Positions 1 to 10,216 of a stretch of 64,000 nucleotides of DNA are shown piece after piece. Origin of the DNA: Rhizodiscina lignyota. Lineage: Eukaryota. The DNA lies in assembly GCA_010015805.1 (NCBI GenBank), contig ML978147.1:1-64000 (forward strand), read 5' to 3'. Each line of letters opens with the position of its first letter. The first letter of the stretch is position 1. A program made the position numbers and the translations under genes. The notes beneath the pieces were generated by a model. It was not told where the DNA came from, made no database searches, and saw only the letters and a list, made by a program, of their open reading frames with translations.

Positions 1-16
1 GTTAGCAGGTTCAAAT

Positions 17-33
17 CGGTTCGACTCGAACCG
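17..33. other. Perfect inverted repeat/hairpin CGGTTCGA-C-TCGAACCG near the putative element 3' end
   Basis: 8-bp arms (17-24 and 26-33). On the minus strand it is followed by 11 nt (ATTTGAACCTG) and then CTAA. Confidence 0.7.
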
Positions 34-91
34 GTCGTGTGGCACGAGTTAGACTCTATCTATCTATTAACAAGGTCTTATATCCTTTCCT

Positions 92-343
92 AGGGAGTGC
101 GCTCGGTGCGTGAGCTTATATGCAACGCTCCTCGGGCGCTCTTTTGAGAGCGTGCACTTAGTAAACCAGCTTTAATCTAGCGCTCTCTCAGCGCCTCTCT
201 GGAGGGGTGTGCTCGGTGCGCGAGCTTGCATGCAACGCTCTTCGGGCGCTCTTTTAGGAGCGTGTACTTAGTGAATTAGCCTTGATCTAGCGCTCTTTAG
301 GCGCCTCTCTGGAAGGGTGTACTCGGTGTACGAGCGTTGATGC
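92..343. repeat. 110-bp tandem repeat (2 full copies plus 1 partial; degenerate copy near 686-775)
   Basis: GCTCGGTGCG at 101 and 211, ACTCGGTGTA at 321. Copies differ mostly by transitions. Confidence 0.85.
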
Positions 344-370
344 GGTGCGTCCTCGCTGCCCCCCTCCTCA

Positions 371-935
371 GGGAGGATCCTACCTCGGCCTTCACTGGCT
401 TTCGACCCTTTTAGGTCCTCTGCCGGATCTGGAGGGCCTGGGAGGCGCGCCTTAGCCACCTCTCCTCTCTCGGAGAGGATTCGACCTCGGTCTTCACTGG
501 CTTCCAGGCCATTTCAGGTGCTTTACTGTATTTAGAAGGCCTTAGGGCTATAAATAAGGAGGTATATATATAGCCCTGCTCGGAGAGGATTCGACCTCGG
601 TCCTCACTAGCTTCCGGCTTTTGAGATACTTTGCTGGACTTTAAGCTGGGTGGAGGGTTGCGATCTAGATATACTCAAGGAACTTAGAAGCGTACTCGAC
701 GCACGAGCTTGTATTCAACCTTCTCTAGGCGCCCCTTTGAGAAGGTACGCGCAGCGCGCGAGCTGATCTCTGCTAGACTGGATAGAGTCACCACCATTAT
801 GCTTCTCAGTCATCCTGCTATCTTCACGCGATTTTACAGGAAAGAACAGTAGGCTTTATTAAGGGAGATATATATAGCCTTGCTCGGAGAGGATTCGACC
901 TCGGTCTTTACTGGCTTCCGGCCTTTGAGGTACCT
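371..935. repeat. Second subterminal repeat family, core GGAGAGGATTCGACCTCGGTCTTCACTGGCTTCC, 4 copies
   Basis: Copies at about 371, 472, 582 and 886. The last two are preceded by GG(A)G.TATATATAGCC.TGCTC. Confidence 0.85.
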
Positions 936-1006
936 AGCCGGCCTCTTCTATATAGGGTATGCTGCTACTACTAGCAAAGCAGTGAAGCGATCGTTTGCTG
1001 CTGGGG

Positions 1007-4000
1007 CTATTCTTCTGTACCTTGCACTAGTGCTCTACCATGCCGCCTGTAGTGACGATCGCTCCTAGCGATCCACTCCTCCCACTCTACCTTACTCCAG
1101 CTCGTCCAGGGCGGCAGCGCCGGAGGCCTACCCGGCCGGTGCCTCTTCCGCAGCCACGCCCAGTGGTTACGTAGCTCCTCGTCGCCTGCTGTCTCAGCTG
1201 GAGCTGCTGCCACTACCATCCCCCTCGTCCGTGGCGGCCGCGCTGCTGTAGCTCCCCTCGCTGCTCGCGCGTCTATATCGAGGCCGATGACACCGATCGA
1301 GTACCACATCCGCCCTCTGCCCTCACTCTTCTTCCCTGTGCCTGACAGGCCCGACTACTTATCCGCGTACGGGAGCAGCCAGTGGAACCTAAGCAGGTAC
1401 CTGCGTAGGCACTGGTCGAACACCCTCCCCAGCTCTACCTCTCCTCTTTCGCGCGGGAGGAGCTCGAGGCCGGCCCTCACCACGCTAAGAAGGGCGCGGT
1501 ACGACTTCCTCTCGTGCGCACCCGAGCGCGCGTAGCCGTCATCGCCCCCACCAGGGCTGAGCAAGACAGCAGCGACGTCTAAGGGGTGCGGGGTCCCGGT
1601 CTTGTTGCCTAATACGAGGTAGAGGTCGTCGCGCATAATCTCGGACAGGTACTCGTAGCAGAACGGCTGTAGGCCCTGGACCGCGCGCTCGTAGTGCTCC
1701 TCCAGCACCTGCTTACGGGCCATGCTGATAACGTCGGCGCGGAGCTGCTGCAAGCAGATGTGCGCCAGCCAGCGTACCATGCGTCCTACTATCTCCTCGT
1801 TGCGCCGGTGCTCTCTAGCCCACGATAGCGCCAGCTCCGCCTGTACACGCGCGTTGAAGAAGTCCTATACGCGGCCGCCGCGCTAGAGGTACTTCCCACG
1901 CAGCATGCTGCCGCCGAACAGCACATAGTCCGTCACGTCCGACCGGAAGGCTAGACTAGCCCACTTGAACCGTGGCTCCAGCCAGCAGTAGCCGTATTGC
2001 GGCAGCGTATTGCAGAAGCCCAGCCCTACCCACACCCTCTGCCGCCTGTTCTGCTCATCGCCCACCACCCGCTCACGGCGGCTCCACCATAGCGACGACT
2101 CCCTCCGCAGTTGGTAGCCGCCGAGCACGAAGCGGAGGCAGCGTAGGAACATAGTCATCATCTTCGTCTGTTCCCACGGTATCGACCTACCGTAGTGCTG
2201 CGCTAGGACTATTTCGAAGCCGGCGGCGAACTTATTAGCGCAGTGTCGGACGAAGCCTAGGTAGACGTCGGTCCTGATCGGCCACGCGTACGGCGGGCAG
2301 TCTGCAAGCAGGAGCTCTCCCTCTTGCTGCTGCTGCTGCTGCCGCTGCTCCCTCTCCTCTTGTAGCTGGGGGCCTTGTACGGCCTCGTGGAGCTCCAGGC
2401 GGTCGATGAGGCCCTGGAACAGCGACCAGCGTATCCGGTGCTCTTCGCGGATGCCGAAAGACTTTTGCGCAGAGTCTCGAAGCGCGGTGTCGGTACGGTG
2501 CTTGCTGGCGCAGTACGCATCCCTCAGCACAGCTGCGTCCCTGGAACGGCCTCCTGTGGCGCTACGGGCCCCCTGGAGGACTGCTGGGTCTATGGCCAGG
2601 TCCTCGAGGTCGCTGTTGGCGAATGGCATCTGCTTTGCAGCGTCCCACACCTCCTTCACCGACGCGTAGAACTGGCTGTAGACAAGGCCTCCCTGGCGGA
2701 GCTTAGAGCGCGCTGGCGGCACGCTTGTGAGGCTGCAGGCATCGCGGAGCATGTTCAGCTCAAAGTACTGCTGCCCACTGGTCCCAGTGGCCGGAGGGCG
2801 GCCGTCGTACATCCAGTGCGTGTAGCGCTCTAGGCAGCACCGCTTCCAGCAGTATACCTGCGCCTCATCGTCGATGTGCCGCCGCTGTAACCGAAGCAGG
2901 CTCACTTCTGGGCAGATCTCCTTCGCGAGGTCGACATAGAAGCGGTCCCTGTATACGAAGGCGAGGTCGAGGGCGCGCTCGATGTATGCCTCGAAGTGGC
3001 GCATCGCGTCTAGTAGTGCAGGCTGCGCCGCGCTTGTCTTAAAGCGTAGCTTTGTCCCCTTTGCAGAGAAGAAGAGCTGTGGATCGCGGAAGTTGCTAAG
3101 CTGCGGCGAGCCTCTGATGGTGTCCTGGACAGTAGCCCAGATGCGGTCGAGGTACAGTGGCTGGATATAGTAGCTGATACTCTGCTGCGTCCGGTACCCC
3201 TTCCCTCTCACGCTTCGGGCCTCTGTCTGGTGGGCCCGCGCGCTCGCTCGCGAGTGCGCGGCGCTGGCGGGCAGGTGCTGGACGTAGTGTGCACTGCAGT
3301 GCTCGTGAACTGCGGGAAGAAGGACGTCGTCGAGCCAGAGCGAGTACTGGCTGCTAGTCAGCGACGTAAACTTCCCCTCGTACGCGTGCTGCATATATGG
3401 GAACAGTATATGCACGGTAATCTCATCTGCGCCAGATACGCGGCCAAGCTGGAAGTGGGGGACGTCGCGGAGCATGGCGAGATGGGACTGTGGAGCGTAG
3501 GCAGTGTCGTGCTCGTCCTGCTGCCCTGTGAATACAGGCGTCTTTAAATGGATATCGGTAGTAATGTTCTGCGTTGGCATTAGTGCTAGCTGTAGCAGAA
3601 GCCCACCACGGGCTGCAGCGAGGCTACTACCGAATCCCAGGAAGCTATCAATGTCAAAGGCAACCTGGGCGCCGACAGCGCGTGTCTCCTCTGCGTGCAG
3701 GCAGACGCGCGCTGGGAGGGCCGGACGGCGCCGGCTACGTCCCTGGCGGATCCGCTGGAGGCCTACGAGCTGCTGCTGCTGGTCCTGTTGCGATATGATG
3801 CCGCAGAAGGTAGCCTGCCACTGCGCTTCTGTCGGCTGCTCCTGCTGCGCGAGGCGGTCTGGCGTGATGATATCGGGCAGCGAGAGCACGTTAGGAAAGG
3901 CCCCGTCGTTGGATAGGTCCCTTAGGCTGTAGTGCTCGCTGCCGACAGCTGCTACTGCTGCTTCGTGCTTGCGGCGCTCGTCTGCGTGCTCCTCTTCTGT

Positions 4001-4850
4001 GCAGCCGTAGAAGCCGTGTTGTAGCTGGTCGTATAGCTTCTAGACTGTATGATCGTGTGCTGGGAGCTCCTCGTCCCCCTCCTCTTCTCCTCTCTCCTGT
4101 ATACTACCTGCCAGTATACCAAGATCCGCGCCTAACGCTACGTTTGCGGCGTCTGCGGCGTCTGCGGCTGCTGCAACCGCTGCTGCTGCACTAGTATTAG
4201 CATCTTGACCTAAAGCTACGTCTGCTACTGCCGCCCTAGGATCTTCCGCTGGTACTACTGGCCCCGCCGCTGCTACAACCTGTACTGTATCTGCTGCTAC
4301 ACCCCATTCATCTACTACGCGTGTGTTAAGGTCTGTATCTACTAGTATATCGTCGGTACCCGGTGCGTCTACTACGCCTGACACGTCTGATATCCTAGTT
4401 TGTGGCGGGCTAGCGGAGCTAGTGACTTCGGCGGTAGGGGGAGGGCGCTGTAGCGTGTAGGGTGCAGTTGGGACGGTGAGGTTTGGTCGACGCGAAGGTA
4501 GGTTAGGTAGAGGAGAGATCTGTAGCGTAGGGAGGATGCTAGCGGCTATACTTGTAGCTGTACTCACAGCTGGTAGTAGTAATGGTGCTAGTGGTGGTGC
4601 TGGTAGTGGTGCTGGTGGTGGTGCTGGTGGTATAGTAGACGAGGACGCTACAGCGGGTGAGAGGGCTTGGAAGAACTGGCGGATACTATGCTGTCCTACC
4701 GTCGGTGGGGACTTTGACTTTGACTTTAACTTTGACCTCGACTTTGACTCTAGCCTCGGCTTTTCCCTAGCTTTAGCCCCAGTCTCGGTTCTAACGGGCC
4801 CACGCGCCGCCGCCACTTCTGAGTGTGGTGGGTTTGGGTAAGTAGAGAGG

Positions 4851-4893
<43 letters not shown>

Positions 4894-5495
4894 ACTTCTT
4901 CCTCTGCTACTGTTGTTAATGACGACGGTAATAATGACGACGGCGATGGCCACCGTCGCCGGTACAGCTGGCTGTGCTCCTCTACCTCCTCTGCCTCCTC
5001 CCTCCCATCCTGCTGCCGCTGCTCCTGCGCATCGAGGCTAAGGCCGAGGCCTTGTAGCTGCTGGCCGACGCCGGCAATGCTACTAAGCGTACGCGCAGCG
5101 TCTAGTTCGTTGAACGGGCGCTCAGCGATAGCATCGGCCTGCTGCGACTGCTCTATGGTCTGGTGTAGCTGTTGCGCCTCCTCCTCCCGTTGTAGCTCCC
5201 TCTTCTCCCTCTGGCGCGCCCGGTGCCGCCGTACGCGCTCTGCGACACCCCTACGCAGACTGAGGGCGTACGGGTCAGTGGTATCGGTCGATAGGGGCCG
5301 TCCCCTCTTAGGGCCTGAGGCTGGTGGCGCTACTGCTGGTGCTAGTACTGGTACTAGTGCTGGTGCTGCTGGTACTGCTGGTGCTGCTGGTGCTGCTAGT
5401 GCTGCTAGTGCTGCTGGTGCCGCTGGTACTGGTGGTGCTAGTGGTGCTAGTGCTAGTAGTGGTGGTGGTGGTAGTGGTACTAGCGGTGGCACCAT
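1007..5495 (-). pseudogene. Large (~1,500 aa) putative DNA-binding protein of unknown family, inactivated
   Basis: ORFs 4040-4816, 1883-3889, 1355-1780 and 1007-1309 share one frame. Manual translation across the gaps shows only TAG stops at 4040-4042, 1883-1885, 1865-1867 and 1355-1357. The N-terminal ORF 4791-5495 (AT-hook PKRGRP, basic helix ERVRRHRARQR) is in another frame, implying a frameshift near 4790-4900. Confidence 0.8.
4851..4892. repeat. (TGC)14 microsatellite inside the element ORF
   Basis: Read directly; encodes poly-Ala in the minus-strand frame, next to the inferred frameshift. Confidence 0.9.
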
Positions 5496-5674
5496 CTCTC
5501 CTCTTATAGCTGCCCTGCTCCCCTCCTACCCTCTATATGTATGGCGTCTCTAACCCTCTATCTGTCTATAGCGTATAGCGTAATAAAAGAGATAGTAGAG
5601 GACGAGCGATTGAAGAGGGGAGAGAGAGGATAGGAGACGGGTGGATGGCTACTACTACTACTGCTGCTATACTC

Positions 5675-6387
5675 GTCACGTGGGTGTTACAATCTAAAAT
5701 TGGATTAGAGCGCCTACCCCTGCTACCCTGCTCTGCAAGCAGCGTAGTAGCAGCGTCGCAGCAGTAGTAGCAGCAGCAACGGGCGATAGAAGGCTGAGAA
5801 ATGCTACGTTAAAATCAGAAGAGAGGGAGGCGGAGGAGGGCGTAGAGTAGCTGCTCACGCCTTTATTTCCGCTCTGTTAACGCTGCGCGCGCGTGCTAGC
5901 GAGACTTTGCGCTCTACTACAGCGCTTATCACGTAGGCGTTACAATTCAGCGCTAGCCCTCCGCCCTTCTACTCTACGAGCGGCGAAAGCAGCGCTAGGC
6001 GGCGCGAGCCCTTGGATAGAGCGAGAATAAAAGGCGCGCGCAGCTACTCTACGCCCTCCCCTACTCTTCTCTCTAATTATTATATAGTATATACTATCTC
6101 TCTCTCGCGCGCGCGCGCGCACAGCGAGCTACACTCTCAACCCTAGCTTATAGTCACGTGGGCGTTACAATTCAGCGCTAGACCTCTGCCCTGAAAGCAG
6201 CGCTAGGCGGCGCGAGGCCTTGGATAGAGCGAGAATTAAAGGCGCGCGTAGCTGCTCTACACCCTCCCCTACTCTTCTCTCTAATTATTATATAGTATAT
6301 ACCATCCCTCTCGCGCGCGCGCGCGCGTGTAGCGAGCTGCACTCTCGTCTCGACCCCTAGCTCGTAGTCACGTGGGTGTTACAATTC
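5675..6387. repeat. ~215-250 bp tandem units delimited by TCACGTGGGYGTTACAAT
   Basis: Motif at 5675, 5928, 6153 and 6367. Units 5928-6152 and 6153-6366 are closely similar (shared CTACTCTTCTCTCTAATTATTATATAGTATATAC and (CG)n tract). Confidence 0.9.
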
Positions 6388-6709
6388 ACCCCCTACGCCT
6401 CGCCCTCTCCCGCTAGCGACCTCTCCAACTTTGCCATACTTACTACACTACCACGCCGCGAGCTATTTAGTAAACAAGACCTACCCTCTGCTGCCTGTGC
6501 CCGCCGCTCGCCGTCCCGCTCTTTTTTCCCCCCTATTTAGGCCCGCCACGCGCCTGAGCCCTAACCCGAATCCGAGCCATAGAAAGTGCGGACGGGCGCG
6601 CAGCGCACAGGCCATACAAGCCCAGATTCAGGGGGAGAGGGATTCGCGACGGGTTCCCAGAGGGCAGTGAATCGCGACGCGATCCGTGCGCGTAACATGG
6701 GGGGCAGGC

Positions 6710-6791
6710 GGGTGAAATTGGGAAGGCGACGCGTTCCTAGGTGTCAACAAGGGGGTGAAATGGGGCAAGTTGCGGGAAGGCGACGCGTTCC
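6710..6791. repeat. Short direct repeats GGGAAGGCGACGCGTTCC x2 and GGGTGAAAT x2 near the putative element 5' end
   Basis: 18-bp exact repeat at 6720-6737 and 6774-6791; GGGTGAAAT at 6710 and 6753. Confidence 0.75.
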
Positions 6792-7727
6792 GGAGTAGAA
6801 TACTTGAGTAAACCCTAAATTATTCCCCTCTCGGTCAAAAGTCTCTCCTGGCTTTCCTGGCTTGGTCAAAGAGCGACTACGAATACTCGGACCTCGGGTA
6901 GAAATTTTACTCCAAGCCTCATGACGCTATTGTCGGTCCAGGCGTGTCTATGCTCAACCTTCTCTTGTTCGGCTCCATTATCTTTGACCGCATCGACGAA
7001 AGCCCTCCTTTGGTGCGAATACAGTCAAGGTTAGAATAGGGCTACTTGCCAATTGGCAGGCATTATTTGGCTCGGCGAAAGAGTTTGGATAACAACCTAT
7101 ATTTTATAGCTCTTTAGGCCTTGCCAAAGCCTACCTGTAGAATGATACTTCGGGCCCTGACGCAGGGTAGAAAGGCTACCTACGGGCCTCGCGGGAATTA
7201 TTCTTGAAATTATTCCCTGAATGGTCATGGCATATCAGAGAATGGGAGACCGTGGAGAAGGAGGGAACATGAGTCGCGGGCTAGTATCTATATACAGGGA
7301 ATGAGTTGAGGACATGCCGGCAAGGTTCAAGATATTTCGAGTACTGATTGGTCCCAAATCATATGGTCCCATCCCTTTGGGTTGCTTGCATGGGTTGGCA
7401 GAGTTCATTGGAGCCATCAGCGACGAAGAGAAGACTAATGCCTCGCGCCGACAATGTGGATGCGCTTGTTGCATGCAGGGCCTTTCCTTGCGGTCTCATT
7501 CCCCGTACCGTCTTCTCCACCTTCCCCCGCATGCTGTGGAGTATCCGGGGTATACCGAGAGTCTAATGGCTCGTCCAGCTGGGGAATATATCTGGGGTGG
7601 AGTCGAGCTGACAAGGTGGAGATTCGCCGGACAATCTTGATGTTCTAGCCGCGTCTTGATTGTACCTCGTCAATACTCGCCTTCGTTGCTGTCCAGAGCT
7701 GTAGTACATTCATCTCCTTTTGTAAAG

Positions 7728-9467
7728 ATGGGTCTCTTAACAAGCGATCGCATCCGCTTCATCAATGTGGCTGTGAGTAAACAGAGCCTTGATCCACCTG
7801 TACATTCTCTAATTGGGACATAGATCACAGTGTTCGTCTCACTGGGCTCATTCACATACGGCTACTGCAGTTCGATCATTGCGACTACGTTGGGCCAGCC
7901 ACAGTTCTATGAGTACCTCCATTTGGCTCAGACGGGCCCGGGGCTCAGTCATACCAACGACATAACTGGTGCGATGAATGGACTGTTCCAGGGCGGAGGC
8001 GTTTTTGGAAGCCTTGCTGTGGGGCCAATAGCCGACAAGTTCTCTCGACGTGGCTCTATTGCGATTGCGGCATCGATTTGCCTTCTCGGTGGTGCATTGC
8101 AATGTGGTGCTGTGAACGTGGGAATGTTCCTTGCAGCAAGATTCATCACAGGTACATCTGCCAGGCCCTAGCTTTCGACTCAGTCTAACACATGGCAGGA
8201 TTCGGTACTGGAATGATCTTGTGCAGCGTCCCACTGTACCAGAGTGAACTCGCACCACCCCATTCTCGAGGCGTGTTGGTTGGCATCCACGGAGTGTGGA
8301 TTTGCTGCGGTTATTCCACTGCCGGCTGGGTTGGTTATGGTTGCTTCTACTACACAACAGCCTTCCAGTGGCGGTTTCCCCTCGCAGTGCAATGTTTCGC
8401 TCCAATCATGCTGCTTATCGGACTATTCTTCTTGCCTGAAAGTCCTCGGTGGCGTGAGTATTGATAACAGCCCTTACCGCGGAAAGCTAACTTGACCGTA
8501 GTGGCTCTCCAAGACCGGCCCGACGCTGCATACAAAGTCATCAAATATCTACACAATGACCCGAATGATCCGCAGCAAATCCTTGCAAAGGAAGAGTATT
8601 ACGCAATGCAGAAACAAATCGAGCTGGACAAGTCCAAAGGCACTGGATCATACTATGAGCTATTCACCGTCCCGGCGAATCGAAAACGCGTCCTACTTGG
8701 ATTCATGACTCTGTTCGGTGCACAATGCACCGCAACAATTGTCATCAACAACTATGGCATCATCCTTTACACCGCCCTTGGTTACCAGGCGCCTACCACA
8801 CTTGCCTTCACAGCTGGCTGGGTCACAGTCTGTATTGGTGGAAATGCCGTAACAGCCTTGTTTGTGGATCGAGTTGGACGTGTTAGATTCCTTCGTGAGT
8901 CTCTCCTCTAGACACTACATTGTCGTGTGGAAATGGTCTAACCTTTGGACAGTCATTGGCTTCGCTGGTTGCCTGCTTGCCCTCATCATGGAGATGTGGC
9001 TACTAGCTGTCTACGAACATTCATCGAATAAATCGGGCCAGGCAGCCGCCGTAGCCTTCCTCTTCATCCACGTCGGCTTCTTCAGTGTATGTATTGACGC
9101 CACCACTTACATATACTGCACCGAGATTTTCCCAAACTATCTTCGTTCCAGAGGCTCTTCGATGTCCGTGAGTGGCTTGTTCTTCGCAACCGTCATTTTC
9201 ACCTGCGCTGCACCGGCTGGGTTTGGTGCAATCGGATGGAAGTACTATCTCGTCTTTGCCATCCTAACATTCTTCATGATCATTGGCATCTGGTTCTACT
9301 GGCCGGAAACCAAGGGATTGTCCTTGGATGAGATTAATGCGCTATTCGGAGATGACGTTGCAATTGATATCTCCCATCTTACTGAGGAAGACAGAAAGGC
9401 ACTTGATCAGCAAATCCTGTCAGAGAAGTCTCAAGTTGAGAAGGTCGAAGATATGGACGCAGTCTAA
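7728..9467 (+). CDS. MFS sugar-porter family transporter (multi-exon, apparently intact)
   Basis: ATG at 7728 (MGLLTSDRIRFINVA, then a GTGAGT intron). Motifs ADKFSRR, YQSELAPPHSRG, PESPRW, VDRVGR, EIFPNYLR, PETKG; about 12 TM segments. Confidence 0.92.
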
Positions 9468-10216
9468 GGCGAAAAGCTGGGCATGGAGTGCTGTAATCGG
9501 GCGGCATTGGATTGCATTCTTGGACGGTAGTCTGTAGGGAGAGGGTTGAAAGTTATCGAATGTTTGTCCCAACAAAATGTCATCAAAGACAAATTGCTCG
9601 TTCCTTAAATGACCGGAAGGCCGTGAACTTTTTTGGACTGCTTCATTTCCCTACCTCTCTAAAGATAGACCTGCGTCTCTGTCGTGACGCTCTTATCTAA
9701 GTAGCAGCCTCACTTCGAACCCAGATACTCCTCTTCTCTTCGTTAATTATTTAAATTTAGCTATTTAGTATTCAGTTTGCTTTTAATACCGTGAATTAAT
9801 AGCTACTGTATGTACCCCGCTTAGTTAAACCCCGCCACCTTTACCGGTAAGGTAGTTATCGCCTGGCCATTTTCCGAGTTAGATTCTTCTGCTTTACATA
9901 ACTAATGAGACTCGACCAGTGACTGGCTGTCTTTCCTCACTCGCATGACCCCTGAGACTGCGATTGGGATAAGCGGCCTGAGATGACTTCTCATTCTATC
10001 GTATCTCTCGATTCTCCGAGAGACCAGGGCATGGAACTTCCCAAGGAGAACGTATTGAACGAGTCAGTCAACTGGCACGGCTCGGAGTCGCCGTGGGCTT
10101 CGGAGTCCTAATTTCCGATGCCTTTCTCCTTATTTTAGTGTATATAATCGGTCAGGGAGCCCTCTCCTCCCTTAGCCCTCTCAATCCTTTAATTCACAAG
10201 CTTTCTAAGCCTTTTC

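Larger units (their letters stand above)
1..6800 (-). mobile_element. Putative unclassified transposon-like element, RIP-affected; right boundary approximate
   Basis: One long disrupted ORF (5495->1007), tandem subterminal repeats on both sides (92-935 and 5675-6387), hairpin at 17-33, and a conspicuous excess of TpA/CTA/TAG relative to neighbouring genes. Sequence character changes at about 6.8-7.2 kb. No long TIRs or TSD visible. Confidence 0.6.

Noticed and set aside
4476..5553. Plus-strand poly-Leu and Gly/Ala-rich ORFs
   Set aside because: Antisense shadows of the low-complexity, microsatellite part of the minus-strand gene.
5675..6387. CRISPR-like array (short motif with long spacers)
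   Set aside because: The context is eukaryotic, the spacers are over 200 bp and similar to each other, and there are no cas genes; this is a tandem repeat.
6559..6820. Telomere-like CCCTAACCCGAA and AACCCTAAA suggesting a telomere-targeted (MoTeR-like) retroelement
   Set aside because: Only one or two units, expected by chance, and no reverse transcriptase or REL endonuclease motifs in the ORF.
9735..9860. AT-rich patch with palindrome TTACCGGTAA as a possible MITE or TE relic
   Set aside because: Too short, with no TIR pair or TSD found.
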